Shown: positions 37,100-43,565 of the stretch, one piece after another
How positions within the stretch are numbered: the first letter of the stretch is position 1
How the letters are laid out: every line of letters begins with the position of its first letter
From: a virus
Lineage: Duplodnaviria; Caudoviricetes
Reading direction: 5' to 3' (one strand)
DNA: 43,565 bases
Virus record (IMG/VR): IMGVR_UViG_3300022741_000073
Location: 1 to 43,565 of that record
Position numbers and translations under genes: made by a program
Notes under the pieces: model-generated
Told to the model about the DNA's origin: nothing
Database searches by the model: none
What the model saw: only the letters and a program-made list of their open reading frames with translations

Positions 37100-37720
37100 T
37101 CAGACTCCCATCTCGGCGGAAAGGTAGGCCCACAGGTCGCGGAACAGCGGGCCGGTGCGGGTGCCGGGGATCTCGGCAGTGCCCAGGCCGGCCATGAAGC
37201 TGCGCGGCACCTCCTGAAGCAGCGGGATCTCCACCGGCGCCGGCGTGCCCATGCCGGCGACGATGGCTCGCGCGTCCGTCGTCTCGCGCAGGCGCGGTTG
37301 GATCTGGCTCAACAGCAGCCGCATCGGCCGGCGCCGGCTGTGCAGGTAGGGCAGCATGGCCTGCATGCTGACCAGATCCTCCGGTCCCGGCCGCACCGGC
37401 ACCAGCACCAGGTCGGCCGCGTCGAACAGCAGCGCGGTCGATTCGGGGAAGAACTCCACCGCGGTCGGCGTGTCGATCACCAGCAGGTCGAGGCCCTGCG
37501 GCGTCGGCCGCTCCGTCACCTCGCCCAGCACGCGCTGCTCGCCGGCGATCGGCGCGACGTCGGCCGGGCGCAGGCTGTGCCAGTGCGTCAGGCTGCCCTG
37601 CGGATCGGTGTCCAGCGTCCCCACCCGCAGCCCGGCTGTCGCAGCCGCCACCGCCAGATTGCGGACGGTCGCCGTCTTCGGCCCGCCGCCCTTTCCCTGC
37701 ACCACCAGGATCGTCTTCAT
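37100..37720 (-). CDS. parA: ParA-family ATPase (short type Ib), 206 aa
   Basis: QGKGGGPKTAT deviant Walker A, LDTDPQGSL, VIDTP, ADLVLVPVRP. Confidence 0.85.
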   Translation of the reverse strand: MKTILVVQGKGGGPKTATVRNLAVAAATAGLRVGTLDTDPQGSLTHWHSLRPADVAPIAGEQRVLGEVTERPTPQGLDLLVIDTPTAVEFFPESTALLFDAADLVLVPVRPGPEDLVSMQAMLPYLHSRRRPMRLLLSQIQPRLRETTDARAIVAGMGTPAPVEIPLLQEVPRSFMAGLGTAEIPGTRTGPLFRDLWAYLSAEMGV

Positions 37721-37733
37721 TTCGGTCCCCCCC

Positions 37734-37757
37734 AAAGCGTTCACGCGTGAACACTTT
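37734..37757. promoter_or_regulatory. parS-like palindrome, copy 1, directly upstream of parA
   Basis: AAAGcGTTCACGCGTGAACaCTTT: 24-bp near-perfect inverted repeat. Confidence 0.65.
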
Positions 37758-37808
37758 CGCGTTTCCCCCGCCGCCGCTTCAGCGGTCGGCCTTGCCCTGG
37801 TCTCGCCG

Positions 37809-38030
37809 CTAGTGGGCGTGGAAGAGGCGCATCAGCTCCGCCGTGGTCAGCAGCTTGCCGTCGACCAGATGCAGCGCGCCGTTCCGGTAGACCCGCAGCC
37901 CGGCGGCGCGCAGCGCCTCGATGGCGCGGTACATGCCCGGCTCCTCCGGCTGGACCTGCACCAGCCGGCGGCGCGCCGTGCGCGGCGGCACGCCCAGATC
38001 CAGGGGCAGCTGCTGGCTGGCCCGGCTCAT
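37809..38030 (-). CDS. Hypothetical protein, 73 aa (alternative start 38132)
   Basis: MSRASQQLPLDL..AIEALRAAGLRVYR..HLVDGK; protein-like 3' part of a longer ORF. Confidence 0.5.
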   Translation of the reverse strand: MSRASQQLPLDLGVPPRTARRRLVQVQPEEPGMYRAIEALRAAGLRVYRNGALHLVDGKLLTTAELMRLFHAH

Positions 38031-38143
38031 GGCCGCGCCCCCCGCCGCAGTTCGCCGCTGTTTCCTGTGCCTCTTCCGACCGAGCCGACCATCCTTGCCC
38101 CCTCCCCCGTCAAGCGCGAGCTGCTGCACCATGCCGCCGTTTC

Positions 38144-39331
38144 TCAGGCGGCAACGGTGCCCGCCCCGCCGCCCTGAAGCTGCTGCTGAAGCGCCTGGAT
38201 CAGCGTCGGCACAATCGACGGCAGCACGTCGCGCACGGCCTGCTGGGCTGCCAGCTGAACCGCCTGCGCCAGATCCGGCGGCAGCCCACCAGCCGGCGCC
38301 ACGTCGCCCGCCCCGTCTGCCCGGTCGAGCGCCCAGCCCAGCCACTTCTCCAGCTCCTCCGGCGTCGGCCGGTAGCCGTCGCGCAGCCGCTCTTTCTGCG
38401 CGTCCTCCAGCCACTCGACCGCCAGGACCGCGCGCTGGGCGTCGCCCAGAATCTCAGCCGCTCTCTGCACGATTCTCGGATGCCAACCACGATTCCGCTC
38501 GGCCCCCGGATAGCCCTGGGGTTCATCCGCCGCAGAACGTCCGCCGGAAATGGGAAGGGGAAGGTGACGCTGTCGGCGGTCAGGATTCTGGCCTGCCGCA
38601 GTTTTCGACGCCCGCGCGCCTCTATTTCTATTATTTAGATCTATTTCGGGCGGCAGAGCTGCGCCGCAGTTTCCGGCTGAATTGCCGCAGTTTGTGGACG
38701 CCAGCGCCGCAGTTTCTCCGTCGCCGTCCGAAAACGCGCCGCAGTTTTGCCCGGATAGTGCGGCATCCGCGCCGCTGTTCTCCGCGCCGCCACCGATCAT
38801 ACCGCTGTTTGTGCCCGGAACTGCGGCGCCCACGCCGCTGTTTCGGCCACCCTCCCCCGCCCCCTGCCACCCGTCCGCCGCAGTATCGCCGCTGAACCGC
38901 GCGGCAACTGCGGCATAGGTGCCGCCGTTTGCCACGGCGAACAGGTCATCGGGCAGGCCATAGGCTTCGGCGATGCCGCAGTTTTCCAGCTGGACGGCGG
39001 TCGCCCCCAGCCACTGTTTGCTGAAGCGGTAGCGGGTGGAGCGGGCGCGCCCGCCGCCCTTTCGGTCCACCTCGATGATGCCGGCGCCCAGCAGCCAGGA
39101 CAGGCCGCGTTGAACGGTGCGGCGGTCGCATCGCATGGCCCGCGCCAGCTTGTCGGCGCCGATCCACGCCACCAGCTCGCCGCAGCGGACGAAGATCGAC
39201 TCGTCACTGCGCCTGACCAACAACAGCGCAAGCACCCGGCGCTTATCGGTCAGGCCCGGCGCCAGGCCCAACGCGTCCTGGAACAGCTCGCGCAGCAGGT
39301 AGAAGGGAGAACGCTTGTCCGCCTGAATCAT
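38144..39331 (-). CDS. Replication initiator-like protein with N-terminal winged HTH, 395 aa
   Basis: GADKLARAMRCDRRTVQRGLSWLLGAGIIEV HTH; central iteron-coded repeats; O-like position downstream of cro. Confidence 0.7.
   Translation of the reverse strand: MIQADKRSPFYLLRELFQDALGLAPGLTDKRRVLALLLVRRSDESIFVRCGELVAWIGADKLARAMRCDRRTVQRGLSWLLGAGIIEVDRKGGGRARSTRYRFSKQWLGATAVQLENCGIAEAYGLPDDLFAVANGGTYAAVAARFSGDTAADGWQGAGEGGRNSGVGAAVPGTNSGMIGGGAENSGADAALSGQNCGAFSDGDGETAALASTNCGNSAGNCGAALPPEIDLNNRNRGARASKTAAGQNPDRRQRHLPLPISGGRSAADEPQGYPGAERNRGWHPRIVQRAAEILGDAQRAVLAVEWLEDAQKERLRDGYRPTPEELEKWLGWALDRADGAGDVAPAGGLPPDLAQAVQLAAQQAVRDVLPSIVPTLIQALQQQLQGGGAGTVAA
38595..38985. repeat. Iteron-like repeats GCCGC(A/T)GTTT, putative replication origin
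   Basis: Copies or variants at about 38595, 38663, 38684, 38706, 38738, 38771, 38801, 38834, 38877 and 38975; inverted copies near 38818 and 38905; AT-rich patch at 38621-38647. Confidence 0.7.
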
Positions 39332-39726
39332 GCCGCCCCCGCTGTGAGAGGGGACGCGGGCTGCCGCAGTATTCGACCGCAGCGGGGGGAGCACAACAGC
39401 GGCACCGGCATAGCGCGGTCGAGGCGGATCGGTGCAGCGGCGCTCATGGTCGCAAACCCATACTTCCGTGCGCCATTCCGGCCTATCTGGCTGACTTCCA
39501 TGGACGGCATGACGCACCTAGTTTTTGTTGGTCGAAGACGGCAAAGGGCTCGCGTGGCAGCCGCCACGCAGAGCGCAACCTGTTTGACATCGGCAGAGGT
39601 AGACTCCGGGGCGGTCGCGGACACGACCGCTCCGTCCGCCGGCGGGCCTCGCGCGGCACAGCTCCCGGTGATGCAGATAGATCTCGGATCTTTTCGCAGG
39701 CGGAACGGTTGCCCGCGGGCGGTCAT
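39328..39726 (-). CDS. Hypothetical protein, 132 aa
   Basis: Supported only by ATGA overlaps at both ends. Confidence 0.35.
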   Translation of the reverse strand: MTARGQPFRLRKDPRSICITGSCAARGPPADGAVVSATAPESTSADVKQVALCVAAATRALCRLRPTKTRCVMPSMEVSQIGRNGARKYGFATMSAAAPIRLDRAMPVPLLCSPRCGRILRQPASPLTAGAA

Positions 39727-39989
39727 TCGCGCCCTCGTTTGGCAGCGCCAGCGGTAGCTGTCCGCAGCGATGCCAGAGTGTGCAGACGCGCCGTCCCACG
39801 ACGCAGCAGCGCCGCCAACTCGACCGCTTCGCTTTCGTCCAACTCGGCCAGCGAACCCGCGTTGCAGAGCGTCCGCACCACCTTGTCGACGGTCGCCCAT
39901 TTCACCGCTGCCGCAGCCTCGAAGGCCGGCCACGCATCGAGCACAGCGCGCTGGGCAGGCGTCAAATGGGATCGATCAAGCCCGGCCAT
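39723..39989 (-). CDS. Hypothetical protein, 88 aa
   Basis: GGAGG RBS, MAGLDRSHL start, helical protein-like sequence. Confidence 0.55.
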   Translation of the reverse strand: MAGLDRSHLTPAQRAVLDAWPAFEAAAAVKWATVDKVVRTLCNAGSLAELDESEAVELAALLRRGTARLHTLASLRTATAGAAKRGRE

Positions 39990-40302
39990 CACGCCTCCCC
40001 GGGAACAGAGCTGCGGCCGGCGCCGGCTGGAACTGGCGCCGGCCGCGATCGCATCCCGGCCACGGACAAGGGAAGACCGGGAGCGAACCGAAGACCCATG
40101 CAGAGCGGAACCACACAGGTTGGATGGAGGACGAACTCGGGAGGCCCCCGATTGACCGAAGCAATCGCTCAGCACCTAACTTCTCAGGCGTCACCGCCGG
40201 TCGCAACATATGAGCTTGGCTGTTGCACAGAGCGCGGAATACGAGCGATGCTTCCCCGATAAACAACTGGTGATCTTCGCACATGAGCATACGTCTCCCC
40301 GG

Positions 40303-40575
40303 CTATCCGCTGATCGACAGCGCAGGAAGAGCGCGTGAACGCCGCACTCGCGGTCCTTTGGATGGTTGAGCGGTTTCCAGCGCCTCTCGAGTGATGCCTT
40401 GAAGGCCAAGGCGAGAAGCTGCACGCGCGACAATCCCCCAGTAACGCGGTGGAATTCCGTTCCTCCGCCACTTGTAGACGGCTTCACGATCAACAGGGCT
40501 GCCTTCGGCCTCCAAGGCCGCTGCCATGTTCGTGCCGCCACCGAAAGCGGATATGACATGATCGTGCGTGAGCAT
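40303..40575 (-). CDS. Cro-like HTH protein, 90 aa
   Basis: VISAFGG..MAAAL..AVYKWRRNGIPPRYW; divergent from the repressor gene. Confidence 0.75.
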   Translation of the reverse strand: MLTHDHVISAFGGGTNMAAALEAEGSPVDREAVYKWRRNGIPPRYWGIVARAASRLGLQGITREALETAQPSKGPRVRRSRALPALSISG

Positions 40576-40581
40576 GCACAG

Positions 40582-40626
40582 ACAGTCCGAAAATATTTCG
40601 GACAAGTCAACGGGAATTCTTCGGAC
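40582..40626 (-). promoter_or_regulatory. cro promoter with operators
   Basis: TTGACT (40610-40605)-17 bp-GACTGT; operator GTCCGAAAATATTTCGGAC at 40585-40603 and a degenerate copy at 40608-40626. Confidence 0.7.
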
Positions 40627-40665
40627 AAGGTTCCCGCCGATGTCGGGGATGATTCCATCTCACTG

Positions 40666-41040
40666 ATGGAATCGGAATCTATGCCTCCCAAATCAGAAAA
40701 GGCCTACGCGGTCGCGGCCGGACGCAGATTGCGAGCCACCCGCGAAGCGTTGGGGTATGTAACTGGTCGGGAATTTGCCCAGCTTACAAATGTCTCAGAA
40801 GACGTGCTGTCTTCCTGGGAAAGAGGAAAAGCTCTCGTCAGGCCTTGGTACATCTCCACGCTAAAAGAGCGTTGGGGAATAACTCAAGATTGGATTTATG
40901 ACGGAGAGATTAAAGGATTAGAGTTTTCGCTAGGCACCAGATTGAAGGATCTCGACTTACCATCTTCCCCCTCTGGCGAAAGAAGTGACTTATCGGAAAA
41001 CGATCCGGAACCCAGAAATAGATTAGCAGTCCAGAGATAA
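40666..41040 (+). CDS. XRE-family HTH repressor (cI-like) without S24 peptidase domain
   Basis: GRRLRATREALG..EFAQLTNVSEDVLSSWERG..WGITQDWIYDG; alternative start 40681. Confidence 0.8.
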   Translation: MESESMPPKSEKAYAVAAGRRLRATREALGYVTGREFAQLTNVSEDVLSSWERGKALVRPWYISTLKERWGITQDWIYDGEIKGLEFSLGTRLKDLDLPSSPSGERSDLSENDPEPRNRLAVQR

Positions 41041-41160
41041 TGCAGATTTTCCAATGCACGATCATGACTCAATTAGACTTCTACATTAGCACACCAATCT
41101 GAAAACTTGAAGAATGACCTTGGAAGGTAGCGGGCAGGGCCTCGGCCTCACCCTCCGCGT

Positions 41161-41225
41161 GTCCGAAAATTTTTCGGTTTTCCTGACCATCAGCCGTTGA
41201 CCTGTCCGAAAATAATTCGGACAAT
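41161..41225 (+). promoter_or_regulatory. Early rightward promoter with two operators
   Basis: GTCCGAAAATTTTTCGGTT at 41161-41179 and GTCCGAAAATAATTCGGAC at 41204-41222; TTGACC (41197)-17 bp-GACAAT. Confidence 0.75.
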
Positions 41226-41253
41226 GTGCGTCGAATCACGCACGAGGTAAAGG

Positions 41254-41703
41254 ATGATGGGCGTCTCCATTAAGGTCCCACTTCAGCGTCGTGCCGGGGC
41301 GCAGAACGTATCCATGGACCGATCCTTCGCGCCGTCGCACTCCGAAAAGCTGGAGAGCACGCTGCGGCATATGGTTCCGGCGCTGCCCAAGAAGGGCGCG
41401 ACGCCTCTGGTCACCTACAATGTGGTGGTCAACAACCGCTGGACAGCGCACCGGACATCCATGCGGCTCGATGTAACGTCGTGGCTGTTGCTGGATCACA
41501 TTGCGGAGGCGGAAGGCTACGCCAACCGCGATGTCCTGATCAGCGCCGTACATGAGCGGTTCCACACCGACGATCTGCCGCTCACCTCTCTGGTCCGTCT
41601 TTTCCTCCAGACCTACACGGCGCCGAATGCCGTGCTGTCCTTCCTGGGTCAGGAACGCCGCGCCAATGGCTGCGGATTCAGGGCCAACCGGGTGGAAAAC
41701 TGA
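41254..41703 (+). CDS. Ribbon-helix-helix domain protein (RHH_4-like); start uncertain
   Basis: HRTSMRLD..W..LDHIAEAEG..LISAV..LTSLVRLF. Confidence 0.65.
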   Translation: MMGVSIKVPLQRRAGAQNVSMDRSFAPSHSEKLESTLRHMVPALPKKGATPLVTYNVVVNNRWTAHRTSMRLDVTSWLLLDHIAEAEGYANRDVLISAVHERFHTDDLPLTSLVRLFLQTYTAPNAVLSFLGQERRANGCGFRANRVEN

Positions 41704-41704
41704 G

Positions 41705-41887
41705 ATGACAGGCGCGGCACAAGAAGCCGTTGCCCTGGCCACCCTTGTCCAATGGCACCTGGAGGAGGCCGGCCGGGTCGAATTGGAGGCAGGAAGCACC
41801 CGCCTCCCCCTCCGCCGTATGCGCCTGCTGTCCGCCGCACGCTATCACCGCGACTGCGCCGAACTGGCACGGGAGGAACTGCCGTGA
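41705..41887 (+). CDS. Hypothetical protein, 60 aa
   Basis: Coupled to both neighbours. Confidence 0.45.
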   Translation: MTGAAQEAVALATLVQWHLEEAGRVELEAGSTRLPLRRMRLLSAARYHRDCAELAREELP

Positions 41888-42204
41888 TCCTCACTCTTGA
41901 GGCAACCGACTGGCAGGTGTGCCACGCGGCGCGGTTCGATACGCCGGCCGATGTCCGCCGGATCCAGTTCCGGCAGGGCGAGCGGCTGGTCATCCTCGCC
42001 GTGGGCGAGGTGCCGGTCGTCTGCGACATCCTCACCCCCGGCGTCTACAGCGTGGATATCCCCGCCCACTACCCGCGCGCCGTCTTCCCCGTGCTGGTGG
42101 TCGCCGTGCCCTCCCCCATCGCCTACCTGCTGGCGCATGGCGGGCCGACGCGGGCGCTGCCGGCCGTCCCACTGGCCGACCCGCACACGGGAGGCCCCAC
42201 GTGA
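41884..42204 (+). CDS. Hypothetical protein, 106 aa
   Basis: GTGA overlap and GGAGG RBS. Confidence 0.5.
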   Translation: MILTLEATDWQVCHAARFDTPADVRRIQFRQGERLVILAVGEVPVVCDILTPGVYSVDIPAHYPRAVFPVLVVAVPSPIAYLLAHGGPTRALPAVPLADPHTGGPT

Positions 42205-42234
42205 TCGTCGCCCTTCGCCGGATGGAGGTGCGCC

Positions 42235-42522
42235 TTGGCCGCCCGAGTCTCTGACCTCGAAGGCTTGCCGTACTGGCCGCGCATGCTCAGCCGCGACCAG
42301 GCGGCGCGCTATGTCGGCGTGTCGCCCGGCCAGTTCGCCAAGGAGGTCGAGGAAGGCCGCTGGCCGGAGCCTGAACGCCGCGGCGGCGCGGGCCGGCGCA
42401 CCGCCCGCCTGCTGTGGGACCGGCTGCTGCTGGACAGACGGCAGGACGAACGCAGCGGGCTTGTGCAACACTCATCCACGACAGGGACGGCGGGCGCTGA
42501 CGAATGGGCAAGGTGGAGTTGA
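42235..42522 (+). CDS. Excisionase-like (AlpA/Xis) protein
   Basis: PRMLSRDQAARYVGVS..GRWPEP..LLWDR; overlaps the integrase start; GGAGGT RBS with TTG start. Confidence 0.75.
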   Translation: MAARVSDLEGLPYWPRMLSRDQAARYVGVSPGQFAKEVEEGRWPEPERRGGAGRRTARLLWDRLLLDRRQDERSGLVQHSSTTGTAGADEWARWS

Positions 42523-43565
42523 CGGTCCTGCGCATGAAGCGGGTGGCTGGGCGCTGGTACTGGCGCACCACCCCGGCCGTCAAGGCGCTGGGCTTCAGCG
42601 ACGAAGCGCTGGGCGATGACACGGACAAGGCAATTGCCCGCGCCCGCGAGCTGAACGCAGAGGTCGAGGCCGAACGGGTCCGCCGTACTGGTCTCCAGCC
42701 CGCGATCCTGCCGAACAGCGTGGCCGACCTCATCGCGAAGTATCAGGCCTCCCCGCAGTACGCCAAACTCGCGCCGAAGACCAAGCACGAATACCGGCTC
42801 CTGCTGAACCGGATCGAAAAGGTGGCCGGCGACAAGCTGGTGGCCAGCATCACCAGGGCGTGGCTGGTGACGGGCTATGAGGCGGTGCAGAAGAAATCCG
42901 GCCTCGCCACCGCCAACGCGGTGATGCGGGTCTGGCGGATCGTGCTGGGCCACGCCTGCGACCGCGGCATGATCGACGTATCGCCGGCGGACGGGATGCG
43001 GCTGATCGGCACGCAGGCCCGGACGCAGCTGTGGACACCGGATCAGGTCGAGACCTTCTGCACCGCCGCCATCGAGGCCGGCCGGGAGTCACTGGCGCTC
43101 GCGGTTCGGCTGGCGCTCGACATCGGCCAGCGGCAGGGGGACATCCTGGCGCTGAAATGGTCGGACTATGACGGCACGGCTTTCAGCCTGGTGCAGGGCA
43201 AGACCAAGCACGCCCTGCGGGTGCCGGTGACGCCTGCCATGCAGACGCTGCTGGGGAAGGTGAAGCGCGACGCCGTGCAGGTGATCGTCAGCGAGGCGAC
43301 CGGCCGGCCCTACCAGAAATTCCACTTCGGCCATGAGTTCGCCCGGATCCGTGCGCTCGCCCAGCTGCCGGCGGAGCTTCAGTTCCGCGATCTGCGCCGC
43401 ACCGCCGCCACCGAGCTGGGCGCGGCCGGCGCCACCGATGACGAGATCCGGGCCGTCACCGGTCACCGGTCCCGCGGCGTGGTCGCGGTCTATGTCCGGC
43501 CCGATGATCGCATGGCGGCGGCGGCACAGCGGAAGCGCCAGAAGGGAAGAAAAGCGCAACCTTGA
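42504..43565 (+). CDS. int: Phage integrase (tyrosine recombinase)
   Basis: GQRQGDIL, QGKT, FRDLRRTAAT, VTGH, Y; terminal position after xis. Confidence 0.93.
   Translation: MGKVELTVLRMKRVAGRWYWRTTPAVKALGFSDEALGDDTDKAIARARELNAEVEAERVRRTGLQPAILPNSVADLIAKYQASPQYAKLAPKTKHEYRLLLNRIEKVAGDKLVASITRAWLVTGYEAVQKKSGLATANAVMRVWRIVLGHACDRGMIDVSPADGMRLIGTQARTQLWTPDQVETFCTAAIEAGRESLALAVRLALDIGQRQGDILALKWSDYDGTAFSLVQGKTKHALRVPVTPAMQTLLGKVKRDAVQVIVSEATGRPYQKFHFGHEFARIRALAQLPAELQFRDLRRTAATELGAAGATDDEIRAVTGHRSRGVVAVYVRPDDRMAAAAQRKRQKGRKAQP

Larger units (their letters stand above)
1..43565. mobile_element. Lambda-like temperate prophage (siphovirus-type), integrase to lysis genes
   Basis: Ordered modules: int/xis, cI/cro, replication, terminase-portal-protease-capsid, tail, lysis. 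att sites are not in the window. Confidence 0.95.

Noticed and set aside
38595-38985. Short repeats considered as a CRISPR-like array
   Set aside because: Repeats are only about 10 bp, irregularly spaced and inside a CDS, with no cas genes; iterons fit better.
39976-40300. Possible cII-like gene between cro and the 88-aa ORF
   Set aside because: No reading frame gave a convincing protein.
43500-43565. attL/attR or tRNA integration target
   Set aside because: The window ends at the integrase stop; no flanking sequence or terminal direct repeat is visible.

Overview
The window is a near-complete lambda-like (cos-type, non-contractile tail) prophage of a high-GC alphaproteobacterium. The host class is inferred from a GTTC-N7-GTTC LexA box and overall composition. 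The window runs from the o-spanin stop (position 1) to the integrase stop (43565), so att sites fall outside it. Right to left: integrase and excisionase; small early genes; a cI/cro switch with four palindromic operators; an HTH replication initiator with internal iterons; a ParA plus DUF3102 pair with a parS-like palindrome; a low-GC four-gene operon (GHKL-ATPase/histidine kinase, receiver protein, HNH nuclease, N6-adenine MTase); SOS-boxed umuDC; a putative late regulator; a second tyrosine recombinase with a dif-like site; Mu-type Gam; an orphan MTase; a putative cos; lambda-type packaging and head genes; a tail module with a -1 frameshift chaperone and a 2257-aa tape measure; fibre and PA14-like proteins; endolysin and spanins. 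The two most interesting elements are the kinase/receiver-coupled nuclease-methylase cassette (candidate defence system) and a plasmid-like maintenance toolkit in a phage that also has an integrase. All calls come from motif recognition and gene order; no database search was run.
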